Shown here piece by piece: positions 32,636-41,202 of a DNA stretch of 64,000 nt. The notes under the pieces were generated by a model. The model saw nothing but the letters and a program-made list of their open reading frames with translations, searched no databases and had not been told where the DNA came from. The DNA comes from a virus. The stretch lies in the IMG/VR virus record IMGVR_UViG_3300020182_000023, positions 1 through 64,000 of that record. The stretch is one strand, 5' to 3'. The translations under genes were made by a program, and so were the position numbers. Each line of letters starts with the position of its first letter. Position 1 is the first letter of the stretch.

Positions 32636-32909
32636 TTGGCAATATAAGATTGCTAGGTGGTTTTACCGTTGGTTCTGGTGCGTGATAATTTACAGCAGAA
32701 AATGAATCTGTCTTAGCTACAATTGTATCTGCGAACTCTATTAATTCGTTAGGTTCTGTTACTCCTGCTCGAATAGCTAAGTCTAATGCAAATCTATAAG
32801 AACCCTCTAATGCTGATGCTTTTTGTAATTCTGCTTGAAATTCTTGCTGTGCGCCTTGCGCTAATTGCTGATAAGCCATATTAGCTTCTCGCTCTTTCTT
32901 GTCTGTCAT
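32628..32909 (-). CDS. Hypothetical protein
   Basis: ORF in operon, promoter upstream. Confidence 0.55.
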   Translation of the reverse strand: MTDKKEREANMAYQQLAQGAQQEFQAELQKASALEGSYRFALDLAIRAGVTEPNELIEFADTIVAKTDSFSAVNYHAPEPTVKPPSNLILPNA

Positions 32910-32942
32910 ATCTATTAAATTAAAGTTTTAACAAATATAAAC

Positions 32943-32971
32943 AAAAAAACCCCCGATTATGGCAGGGGCTT
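32943..32971 (-). terminator. Probable intrinsic terminator
   Basis: CCCC/GGGG stem with 7-U run on the minus strand. Confidence 0.55.
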
Positions 32972-33001
32972 CTTAGATAACATGAAAAAAGATGTTCTTT
33001 A

Positions 33002-33421
33002 TTATAGAGCGTTTACTAAGGCTCTAAATTCGCCTACGCTTATGCTTAGTTCGTATCGCTTATCTTGATTGCCTTCACTGTAAAATAACGTACAAGCCGT
33101 ATCGCTTACTCTAACTACTCCCGTAATTTGATTTACATTAATTACAAAGCCTAATCCAGTTCCTTCTAGCAATTGAGTTCCGTATGTTGAAAACAACGAA
33201 TCTTCTACATTAATGATTGCTGATTTTCTCTGACCTCTGTAAAAATACTTTACTTCTGAAGTTGTATCTCCCGTTTGAGGTGTTACTTTATAAATATCAC
33301 CTTCCATTACAGTTGCGATTGTGTCGCTACTTGCGAATGATACAAGTACCATTGCCTTTTCTTGTGAGAATACAAATGATGTGCTAATCGCTAATATAAA
33401 TAATGCTATAATTTTTTTCAT
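33002..33421 (-). CDS. Secreted hypothetical protein
   Basis: Sec signal peptide; two similar small beta domains. Confidence 0.55.
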   Translation of the reverse strand: MKKIIALFILAISTSFVFSQEKAMVLVSFASSDTIATVMEGDIYKVTPQTGDTTSEVKYFYRGQRKSAIINVEDSLFSTYGTQLLEGTGLGFVINVNQITGVVRVSDTACTLFYSEGNQDKRYELSISVGEFRALVNAL

Positions 33422-33457
33422 TTCTTTTGGTTTAGTTTTCTTTTTACAAAGGTAATA

Positions 33458-33778
33458 TTATTTTTTAACTTTTTTTCTTTTCTTGGCTTTACCGCCTCTA
33501 GCGTTTTTATCGCCTTTTGTATCGCTCTTACTTCCCCTGTTAGCTTTTACGGACTTTAATCTTAGTCCGTTCTTTGTGTGGCTTAAGTCACCCGTATCTT
33601 TACTTACAATGTTTCGCTTACGCCTAGCTTTTGATAGTTCGGCTCTTTTTTTCTTTTGCTCAGGACGAGAATTTATCTCCTTATCCTTAGCCGCCTTAAC
33701 CCTTCTAGCTTTTTTAGAATTTCTGTAATACTTTGCGCTATCACTTAATTGGCTATATGGTTTCTTTCTTGGTGCGAT
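33458..33778 (-). CDS. Basic degenerate HNH-like protein with ATC at the start position
   Basis: 106-codon open frame absent from track: (I)APRKKPYSQLSDSAKYY..RAELSKARR..DLSHTKNGLRLKSVKANRG; begins 4 nt after TATCTTTG. Confidence 0.65.
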   Translation of the reverse strand: MAPRKKPYSQLSDSAKYYRNSKKARRVKAAKDKEINSRPEQKKKRAELSKARRKRNIVSKDTGDLSHTKNGLRLKSVKANRGSKSDTKGDKNARGGKAKKRKKVKK

Positions 33779-33903
33779 GCTACAAAGATAAGCATTTTAT
33801 AACTTTAGATAAAGTCACATTAAAACGTGGCTGAGCCTTTTGTTATAAACAATAAAAATTACTTGGTTAGTGCCTTAAGTATATTTTGATAAATTCAATT
33901 TCT

Positions 33904-34098
33904 TTATTCATAAGGACATATTTCTTTATAAAACTCCTCGTCTATTTCTTTGATAGCTTTCTCTAGTCTATCCTTCTCTAAAATAGACTGCTTTATCTCG
34001 TGTTTTGTAGCCGTTTTACCTAAATCGGATGCTATGTGCATTTCGTGTAATAAAGCGTCTATATCCTCTCTATCTTGGTCGTCTGTATAATATCCCAT
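33904..34098 (-). CDS. Hypothetical protein
   Basis: ORF coupled to the upstream gene. Confidence 0.6.
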   Translation of the reverse strand: MGYYTDDQDREDIDALLHEMHIASDLGKTATKHEIKQSILEKDRLEKAIKEIDEEFYKEICPYE

Positions 34099-34481
34099 TA
34101 TCTAAATAGTTTTTGTGCTGTATGATTATTTAACCTTACTTTTATTCCGTGTGCTAAACACATTGACCTAAATTCCTCTATGTCTTGCGGAAATGGAATT
34201 ACAATATCATCTCCTATTATAATTTCAGTTGGGTATATATAGTCGTTTAAATCTTTTGAGTATTCAATGCAAGGAATATATGCTATACCATCTCCGTTCT
34301 TTTCTTCTCGCAAAGTTCCTTCAGCTAAATGCCGCATCACAGTATCGGAGTCAAATACATCGCAATAAACTGACGTTATGGATATAAGCTGCTCCTTAAA
34401 TAGCGGATTATTTGGTCTTAACCGATTTAACATTTTACTTAAAGAATCCATTACTTGTACATTTTGTATTTTTGTTTCCAC
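34098..34481 (-). CDS. Hypothetical protein
   Basis: ORF track. Confidence 0.55.
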   Translation of the reverse strand: METKIQNVQVMDSLSKMLNRLRPNNPLFKEQLISITSVYCDVFDSDTVMRHLAEGTLREEKNGDGIAYIPCIEYSKDLNDYIYPTEIIIGDDIVIPFPQDIEEFRSMCLAHGIKVRLNNHTAQKLFR

Positions 34482-34513
34482 AAATATATAAGTAAAATCA
34501 ATCGAAATACATT

Positions 34514-34783
34514 ATGGATGAATTAATTTTTGGTAAAATACGCTCCATATCTTACGATAAGTATAATGGTGGGGATATTAGAACGTTTACATTTACCGCT
34601 GGTCAGCATATACGCTCTATGAGTGCTACGGTTACAAGAATAACATTTGACGAACTACACTTCATAAATACCAACACTCCTAGATACATTATATTTATTC
34701 AAAAGGATAATGAGAGTTATGAAGAACAATGGAAGGGTGTTCCTGCTTACAAGGCTTTAATTGAACAAGACCTGTCTATTTAG
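34514..34783 (+). CDS. Hypothetical protein
   Basis: ORF; RSIS..F..GQ..Y.I.I..WK pattern seen in Bacteroidota phage small proteins. Confidence 0.55.
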   Translation: MDELIFGKIRSISYDKYNGGDIRTFTFTAGQHIRSMSATVTRITFDELHFINTNTPRYIIFIQKDNESYEEQWKGVPAYKALIEQDLSI

Positions 34784-35240
34784 CTTCTTCTCTTTCTTTT
34801 GCTAGTTTATATTGGTAGGGGTTAATTTTTAGCCTTCTCATTCTTTTTTCGGGGTGGTTGTCTAGGTATTCTAATATCATTTCTTGTACGTCAATACCTT
34901 TTCCCATAGCCCAAGATAGGTTTCTTCTTACGTCTGACTCTAATGGCTCTGTTCCTAGTCTATGTATCCACATATTGTAAGACTTCTCATCCATCTGTAT
35001 TAAGTCTTTTCCGCCAAATTGCGCTGCATCAATAACGTATGAAGGGGATTTATTTAAAGCTAATGCAATAGCTATCACTTGACTTATGTTTAGTCTGTAT
35101 AGAGGTGCTGATAATATCTCCCTTATTTCGTTTGTGCTAGTAGTTTTAGGTAAACTAAGCAGCAATTTAATGTCTTTAAATATAAGCCCTGTTTGTAATA
35201 GCTTATCTAGTAGAAATATTTTACTGTCGTCTTTTATCAT
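34776..35240 (-). CDS. Putative HTH regulator
   Basis: LNISQVIAIALALNKSP resembles an XRE C-terminal helix; divergent from the rep-like gene. Confidence 0.4.
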   Translation of the reverse strand: MIKDDSKIFLLDKLLQTGLIFKDIKLLLSLPKTTSTNEIREILSAPLYRLNISQVIAIALALNKSPSYVIDAAQFGGKDLIQMDEKSYNMWIHRLGTEPLESDVRRNLSWAMGKGIDVQEMILEYLDNHPEKRMRRLKINPYQYKLAKEREEAK

Positions 35241-35400
35241 TTAACAGCAAAGATATTAAATTTAACTGCTGTATTTTGATTGAAATTGTCGCTTATATGC
35301 TACATTAATAGCTGTTTTTTTAGTTAATGATGGAATATTCATTCATCTGCTATATGTTTTTTTTTATCTCTTTTACTGTGTTTGTATAAAAAAAAATGTT

Positions 35401-35495
35401 TATGTTTGCATTAACAACGAGTGCAGTCGTTAGAAAATATTTAAAATCCTTCCGTTAGTAGGCTCTGCACAGCCGAAAGCGTGAAGGATTTTTTT
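35401..35495 (+). promoter_or_regulatory. Promoter + kissing-loop 5' leader (copy 1)
   Basis: TATGTTTG; hairpin AACGA-GTGCAG-TCGTT; second hairpin apical loop CTGCAC inside AAAATCCTTC/GAAGGATTTT. Confidence 0.7.
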
Positions 35496-35509
35496 ATACA
35501 TAATAATTT

Positions 35510-36130
35510 ATGAAAACAGGAAACATTGTAAAAGCTAAATTTACTGACGAGTTTGTTAGAATACATAACTCAATAGCTAGAAATCCGAAAATGTCAATGA
35601 AGGAGAAGGGTCTGTTATTGATAATAATGTCATTACCCGAAAACTGGACATTACACATAAGTCAGCTTCCCGCTTTTTGCGGAGAAGGGAAAACCGCTGT
35701 CAGAAATGCGTTTAAGTCCTTGAAAGAAAAAGGCTTTATTATTGAAGTTGAAATGAGGGCTTCCGATGGGAGGTTTAACGGGAAAAATTATATGGCTTAC
35801 TACGAAAGTCAAACCATTGAAGAATTTATGGTAAAACGCTCTACAACCAAGGCAGATTCACCGCGTGCGGGTTTTCGGGATGCGGATAAACGGGATGCGG
35901 ATAACAGGACACTACAAAGAAAGAACGTTACACTTAATAAAAAGAAAGAAAACAAAAAAGAAAAAAAAGAAAAAGAGCAGTTAGATTTTTCTTTTTTTCT
36001 TTTTAAGCTTAAGCAAGGTCAGCGCATACCAAAAACAGAAGTACCTAATCATTTATTAAATGAATTTAATTCTTCAACAGAAGTTTTGTATAATCAAGAA
36101 GAATCATATTACTTTATGCTACCATTTTAA
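35510..36130 (+). CDS. Replication initiator-like winged-helix protein
   Basis: F..I.N..MS.KEKGLL..SLPENW..AF..LKEKGFI HTH; internal repeats followed by a K/E-rich linker. Confidence 0.7.
   Translation: MKTGNIVKAKFTDEFVRIHNSIARNPKMSMKEKGLLLIIMSLPENWTLHISQLPAFCGEGKTAVRNAFKSLKEKGFIIEVEMRASDGRFNGKNYMAYYESQTIEEFMVKRSTTKADSPRAGFRDADKRDADNRTLQRKNVTLNKKKENKKEKKEKEQLDFSFFLFKLKQGQRIPKTEVPNHLLNEFNSSTEVLYNQEESYYFMLPF
35861..35905 (+). repeat. Iteron-like 15-bp repeats
   Basis: CCGCGTGCGGGTTTT / CGGGATGCGGATAAA / CGGGATGCGGATAAC, followed by A-rich then T-rich tracts. Confidence 0.6.
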
Positions 36131-36430
36131 TAACAGCGAATTAAACAAAAGATTATATGGAACTAGTGTATATCGAATTAAAATGTATAATAATTAAATA
36201 TTAAAACAATGGGAAGATTAACAGAAACAATGGCGTATTTAACAGCAGAACCCAATAAGTTTAGTAAGCTAACTAAGCAAGTGAACGGAGGATTCTTTTA
36301 TTTATCATATATAACTCCAAATGATGATTTAAAAAAAGTTAGAAGTAAAATGAAGCTATATAAGAAGGATTAACTTATATTAACCTTTACGTTAGGATGT
36401 TTTATTTATGTTTGACTTAAATAAAGAATT

Positions 36431-36712
36431 ATGGAAAAAGAAGATAACCTTCAAACATTAAAAACTAAAGCTGAACTAGACTTAATATTCAGTAAAAATA
36501 GTAATACGGATAGATACATTTCTAAATGGATTGAGGTTAAAGGCGTTTCTAGCGATGTAATATGTTCTGCTATGTATTTAGATGGTAAGCCTCATACGAT
36601 TACGTTTGACGAGGTTACAGTAGGCGAAAACAGACACCATAACTCAATAAGCATAAACATAAAAGAAGTAAAGCCATTATTTGATTTTATCTCTAATATT
36701 TTAAATAAGTGA
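36431..36712 (+). CDS. Hypothetical protein
   Basis: ORF with TATGTTTG upstream. Confidence 0.6.
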   Translation: MEKEDNLQTLKTKAELDLIFSKNSNTDRYISKWIEVKGVSSDVICSAMYLDGKPHTITFDEVTVGENRHHNSISINIKEVKPLFDFISNILNK

Positions 36713-36779
36713 AGAATTATGGCTGAATATAATTATTAGTCAATAATCTCCGCCTAAACAAAAAGTCTATATTTGATAT

Positions 36780-36998
36780 ATGGAATTTTCACTATTTTTA
36801 AACAACGGAGAACAAATAAATATAAACACAGAAGATTATACAGACCCTACTAGAACGGTTATGGAATACCTTATATCAATGCTAGAATATTATGAAACAG
36901 AATTATCCTTCTGTGATGAAGAAAATGAATTACTGTATCAGCAAGTGGAATATTGTAAACTACTTACTGATTTGTTGAAGCCAGAGATAAAGAATTAA
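36780..36998 (+). CDS. Acidic hypothetical protein
   Basis: ATG 4 nt after TATATTTG; stop codon is the TAA of the following TAAC. Confidence 0.6.
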   Translation: MEFSLFLNNGEQININTEDYTDPTRTVMEYLISMLEYYETELSFCDEENELLYQQVEYCKLLTDLLKPEIKN

Positions 36999-37041
36999 CA
37001 CCAAGCTAAGAAGCGTTTTAATGCTTTCTTAGCGGCTGTTA
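36996..37041 (+). repeat. attC-like palindrome, short type
   Basis: TAAC-ACC-AA-GCTAAG-AAGCGTT-TT-AATGCTT-T-CTTAGC-GGCT-GTTA. Confidence 0.75.
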
Positions 37042-37114
37042 TGCAACGTTTTAATGTTGCAATTTTTAACCCTTATTAACATTAACCAATAGATAATATT
37101 AATACATTTGAATT

Positions 37115-37546
37115 ATGATACAAATAGATAATATAGAAATAGACCCCACTGCATTAGTAGTGTTAGGAGGGTTTGCATTAGGGATGATTATAGCCCCTTT
37201 TGATTCCGCATTAATAAAAAGAGAATACAGGCTAGAATGGCTGTATCACACAGCTAAGTTTATGCTTATGTTCTTGTTAGGTGGTGCGTTATTACACCAC
37301 GTTCTACCTAAAGATGGATACTTCGTTCCAAGACTTATAGCTTGCTCATTATCATACAGCATTTCCTTTGACTTGTTTTTAAACTTTTTAAGAGGCAAGG
37401 AGATATTTTACATAGGACAAACTGCTTTTCTTGATAAGATGGCTAGAAAGTACCTTAAAACGGGTTTAAACTATATTTTCGTAAGGTTATTAGCTGTGTT
37501 TTTGATTGGAGTAGGAATAGTAATACATATTTTATTAAATAATTAA
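37115..37546 (+). CDS. Multi-pass membrane protein
   Basis: Four hydrophobic segments; FD..LN..RG..FYIG.TA..D motif. Confidence 0.65.
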   Translation: MIQIDNIEIDPTALVVLGGFALGMIIAPFDSALIKREYRLEWLYHTAKFMLMFLLGGALLHHVLPKDGYFVPRLIACSLSYSISFDLFLNFLRGKEIFYIGQTAFLDKMARKYLKTGLNYIFVRLLAVFLIGVGIVIHILLNN

Positions 37547-37549
37547 GAT

Positions 37550-37735
37550 ATGAATACAACTAAAATAACATATGAGGGTTACGGTAAGAAAATTTCCGTT
37601 GAATTAGACCACGAAGATGTATCTATACAAGAAGTATTAGACGCTGTTGTTTCAATGCTTTACGGAAGTGGATTTCATAAGCAGACAGTAGATAACGGAA
37701 TAATAGAATTAGCAGAAGAATTAAACGATAAATAA
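37550..37735 (+). CDS. Hypothetical protein
   Basis: ORF, plausible phage small protein. Confidence 0.6.
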   Translation: MNTTKITYEGYGKKISVELDHEDVSIQEVLDAVVSMLYGSGFHKQTVDNGIIELAEELNDK

Positions 37736-37744
37736 TTAAATAGA

Positions 37745-37945
37745 ATGGATAAGAGATACATTATAGAAGATTTAGGCTTAAAGAAAGCTAAGGATTACAA
37801 GGGAGAGGTTTATTTTTACCCTGACGAAGAAGATTTTGTTGGGTTCTTTATAGAATCAGAAGATAAAACTCACTTTGTGTTTATACCGTCAGAGCCAATA
37901 GACAGCTTATCAAGTAAAACGGCTTTTGAAAGAATATTTAAGTAG
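37745..37945 (+). CDS. Hypothetical protein
   Basis: ORF track. Confidence 0.55.
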   Translation: MDKRYIIEDLGLKKAKDYKGEVYFYPDEEDFVGFFIESEDKTHFVFIPSEPIDSLSSKTAFERIFK

Positions 37946-38063
37946 ATATGAAAGATATGGTTTTATTGGTACTGTTAGCTGTATGTATAGTTGAATACAG
38001 AGAAAGACCTAGAATAGACTTCTGAGGGAATGTTTATTTGTGGTACGGTAGATATAATCGTAA

Positions 38064-38714
38064 ATGTATAAATATATTATAATGGAATATAAGATAGAAA
38101 AACAAGCTAAAGGCACTCGAATACTTTTCGGGGATGAGGTAAGAGATAGATACACGCTATTAAATAAAATGATAGCTACCGTTGAGTCTTACGGGTTTCA
38201 AGGAATACAACTGCCTAGCATAGAGCCGTCTGAAATATACATAGACAAAGCAGGGAGAGAAGTGCTTAATCAAATGTGGGTGTTTCCAGATAAAAAAGGA
38301 AGGAATGTATGCTTACGCCCAGAGGCAACGGCTACCGTTCAGCTAATCGCTAATCATTTCTGGCAAGCTAAAAAAGAAATAAGAGTTTGGTATTTTGAGA
38401 AATGCTGGAGATACGAAAAACCGCAAAGGGGCAGATACAGAGAATTTTGGCAGTTCGGTTGCGAAGTAATAAACCCATCTACTGATTTAATAAAAGAAGA
38501 ATTAATAGACATATCTAAAGAACTTTGTGAACTTCAAACAAAGGATATAACGATAGATTATTCCGTAACAAGGGGATTGGGCTATTATACAGATAAAGGC
38601 TTTGAATTACGCTGTAAGCAACTAGGAGCGCAAGAACAGATATGCGGAGGTGGTTCTTATGATAGAGGAATTGGGTTTGCCATTGGGTTTGATAGATTAA
38701 TGCTTTGTAAATAA
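38064..38714 (+). CDS. Histidyl-tRNA synthetase-like protein, catalytic core only
   Basis: KGTR, LRPE.T, motif 2 RYEKPQRGRYREFWQ, RGLGYY, GGGSYD, motif 3 GFAIGFDRL then stop; likely start 38082. Confidence 0.85.
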   Translation: MYKYIIMEYKIEKQAKGTRILFGDEVRDRYTLLNKMIATVESYGFQGIQLPSIEPSEIYIDKAGREVLNQMWVFPDKKGRNVCLRPEATATVQLIANHFWQAKKEIRVWYFEKCWRYEKPQRGRYREFWQFGCEVINPSTDLIKEELIDISKELCELQTKDITIDYSVTRGLGYYTDKGFELRCKQLGAQEQICGGGSYDRGIGFAIGFDRLMLCK

Positions 38715-38720
38715 ATAATT

Positions 38721-38951
38721 ATGAAAACAAAATTGATTAGAAACAGTACGCTCCAAGACTTAATGGATGCTGCGGAGTATTCTTCTTACTCAGAAACACT
38801 AGAAGGTGTTAAACGGGCTAAAATAGGCTTAGATATATACGAGAAAGTAAAGGGTGGCTGGAAGCAAATCAGCGATTCGGGTATTATACCTAAGAAGTGT
38901 AACGTTATATCTCTTGATGCTAATGGCGCAAGCAGAATGAAGCGGAGGTAA
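38721..38951 (+). CDS. Hypothetical protein
   Basis: ORF ending in the TAAC of an attC-like site. Confidence 0.55.
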   Translation: MKTKLIRNSTLQDLMDAAEYSSYSETLEGVKRAKIGLDIYEKVKGGWKQISDSGIIPKKCNVISLDANGASRMKRR

Positions 38952-39043
38952 CGGTTTGTGTATGAGTAGTGTGGCTTTGCTCTTATTTTCAACTTACAGA
39001 TAAACTTATTTAGCCACATTACTTATACACTTTTTTATAGGTA
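38949..39043 (+). repeat. attC-like palindrome, long type (right GTT mutated to TTT)
   Basis: TAAC; arms GTGTATGAGTAGTGTGGCT / AGCCACATTACTTATACAC (17 Watson-Crick + 2 G:T). Confidence 0.7.
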
Positions 39044-39060
39044 TGTAAAATTTACGGAAT

Positions 39061-39207
39061 ATGAATAAAGAAAATAATTATTGGAAAGGAATAATGGTTG
39101 GATTTGCAGTAAGCACAATTGTTTGGTGTACTTTATGGGCATTTGTTATTGGAAAAATAGATAAGGTTCACAAACAAGAACTTGATTATATAATAGAAAA
39201 ACACTAA
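39061..39207 (+). CDS. 48-aa single-TM cassette protein
   Basis: Manual translation MNKENNYWKGIMVGFAVSTIVWCTLWAFVIG..; fills the space between two attC-like sites. Confidence 0.6.
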   Translation: MNKENNYWKGIMVGFAVSTIVWCTLWAFVIGKIDKVHKQELDYIIEKH

Positions 39208-39236
39208 ACAAAGTAGGTAGTAAATTTTATTACCTA

Positions 39237-39283
39237 TAACACCCGTCTAAGAAACGCTTTAATGTTTCTTTTGGCGGCTGTTA
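39237..39283 (+). repeat. attC-like palindrome, short type
   Basis: TAAC-ACCCGTCTAAGAAAC..GTTTCTTTTGGCGGCT-GTTA; homologous to 36996. Confidence 0.7.
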
Positions 39284-39350
39284 GATAAAGTTTAACAACC
39301 ATTTTACCCGACAGGGGAAATTGGTTAAGGAACATTAATAGATTTGAATT

Positions 39351-39725
39351 ATGAAACTACACAAAGACATATTATACTCCGTAGGAGATGAAATTGAGAT
39401 AGATAACATTAAATACACCATAGAACTCGCAGGATGGGGTAAAATACGACTACATAAGAAATGCTGTGGTGATATGTCCGCTGCCAAAGAAGTAGATGAC
39501 GTAACAGCTATACGGGGCTTAGATATAATAATAGCACTTAATGAAGAAGGTGCTACTGAAGAGGTAGAGGAAATTAAAAATAACTTAGAATGTCATTTTA
39601 ATGAAATTGAGTGTAAATTTAAATCTGAAGAATCTAACCTTAATGACAAAATCCGCATATTAGAAGCGCAGAATAAAGATTTAAAGAATGAACTAGAGGA
39701 TGATAAGTCTTGGTGGATATGGTAG
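39351..39725 (+). CDS. Hypothetical coiled-coil protein
   Basis: ORF track. Confidence 0.55.
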   Translation: MKLHKDILYSVGDEIEIDNIKYTIELAGWGKIRLHKKCCGDMSAAKEVDDVTAIRGLDIIIALNEEGATEEVEEIKNNLECHFNEIECKFKSEESNLNDKIRILEAQNKDLKNELEDDKSWWIW

Positions 39726-39726
39726 C

Positions 39727-39756
39727 GATACGATAAGATACGATAAGATACGATAA
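39727..39756. repeat. 10-bp tandem repeat GATACGATAA x3
   Basis: Directly visible. Confidence 0.85.
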
Positions 39757-39805
39757 TAATACGAAAAAGAGTTTAAGAAATGAAAACAACAGAAAGCTCG
39801 GTTAA

Positions 39806-40252
39806 CTACTGGGCTTTTTTGTTTCGCCCCCTTAAGGCTCTTTGCACCGTACTCAAGCTAACATCCAACTCATTCGCCAACTCCTGCTTAGAATATTCTG
39901 GAAATAATTTATTTAACTCCAAAATCTTATTAACCATAGCCTTCCTTAAACTCTTCTTAATTAACCTAGCTTTCCTATTCTTAGATGTCCTTAGCCTAAT
40001 AGCACGGCATTCTCGCTGCTTCAACTCCTTCAACCACATAGCTAACCAAAAATGTAAATAAGCAGAAGGCTTCCTATAATCATCAAACACCCATATACTA
40101 TGAACCTCCCAACTGCCACCCAACTTGTGATACCACCTGTAATTAGAGTCCCTATCCCTTACAATTTTATGATTCTCTATCCTACATAAAGAAGCTAAAT
40201 CATCATCAGACCAACTCGTACTTAAATTAACATCTTCCATATTCAAAAACAA
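39806..40252 (-). CDS. HTH DNA-binding protein
   Basis: SKQELANELDVSLSTVQRAL C-terminal HTH. Confidence 0.7.
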   Translation of the reverse strand: MFLNMEDVNLSTSWSDDDLASLCRIENHKIVRDRDSNYRWYHKLGGSWEVHSIWVFDDYRKPSAYLHFWLAMWLKELKQRECRAIRLRTSKNRKARLIKKSLRKAMVNKILELNKLFPEYSKQELANELDVSLSTVQRALRGRNKKAQ

Positions 40253-40358
40253 ATATACCTAAACCATAAGGCTATAAAAAACAAAATAACACTCCTTAAC
40301 ATCTATCAATAAGATAATTAATTACTTTAGCTGTATGAAAAATAAAAAGTAAATAATT

Positions 40359-40706
40359 ATGAACTCAGTAGAAGAATACGAAAAAGAAGAACGGGAAATA
40401 AAAAAACTAATAGATGAGCTTAAAACAAGAAAGCCTACTATAAAAGAGATAAAAAAAGTATTGGACTTTAAAATACTACATAAGGACTCTAAGCAAAAAT
40501 GGGTAATAAACGAATACTTCCCGTTAGAACACCACGAAAAACATTCAACATCATACCTAGTGCTTAAACCTTACAATAAGGGGTGGTTTTATAGAAATGA
40601 ATCATCGCACGACTACGGTATGCAAATAAACCCAGAGGTGTTTGAGGTGAAAATGACAGAACAAGAGGTAGTAGATAAGTATGTTATTAGTGATTATGGA
40701 TTGTAG
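40359..40706 (+). CDS. Hypothetical protein
   Basis: ORF track. Confidence 0.6.
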   Translation: MNSVEEYEKEEREIKKLIDELKTRKPTIKEIKKVLDFKILHKDSKQKWVINEYFPLEHHEKHSTSYLVLKPYNKGWFYRNESSHDYGMQINPEVFEVKMTEQEVVDKYVISDYGL

Positions 40707-40857
40707 TTTAATCCCCCGCAATACACAAAGGAAATAATATGAAACACATAGGATATATACCAAAAGAAACAGAAAAGAAACTACATAGAGAAGTATGCAG
40801 TGAACTTACAGAACAAGACTACAACGGAAAAGATACTTACCACTTATACATAGAACA

Positions 40858-41202
40858 ATGGAATATAACTCAGACTTTAAATACGACCTAAAAGTAGGGC
40901 AAATAAAAGAAAAAGAACTAGCACATATACTCCAAAATGAAAAAATAGAAGTAAAAACAGACCTGCAAGCTCACAAAACAGGAAATATATTTATAGAATA
41001 CCACTCAAGAGGTAAACCATCAGGACTAGCAACATCAGAAGCTAAATACTACTGCATAGCTATACAAGAAATACTAATAATACTACCAGCCAAAAAACTT
41101 AAAAAACTATGCAGAAAATACCTAAACACCAACAGAGATAAAAAAGGCGGAGATAGCAACTCCTCAAAAGGAATACTCCTGCCAGTAAAAGATTTATTTT
41201 AA
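40858..41202 (+). CDS. PD-(D/E)XK-like nuclease family protein
   Basis: GQ..E..IEVKTD..TGNIFIEY..SG..S.A.YY. Confidence 0.65.
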   Translation: MEYNSDFKYDLKVGQIKEKELAHILQNEKIEVKTDLQAHKTGNIFIEYHSRGKPSGLATSEAKYYCIAIQEILIILPAKKLKKLCRKYLNTNRDKKGGDSNSSKGILLPVKDLF

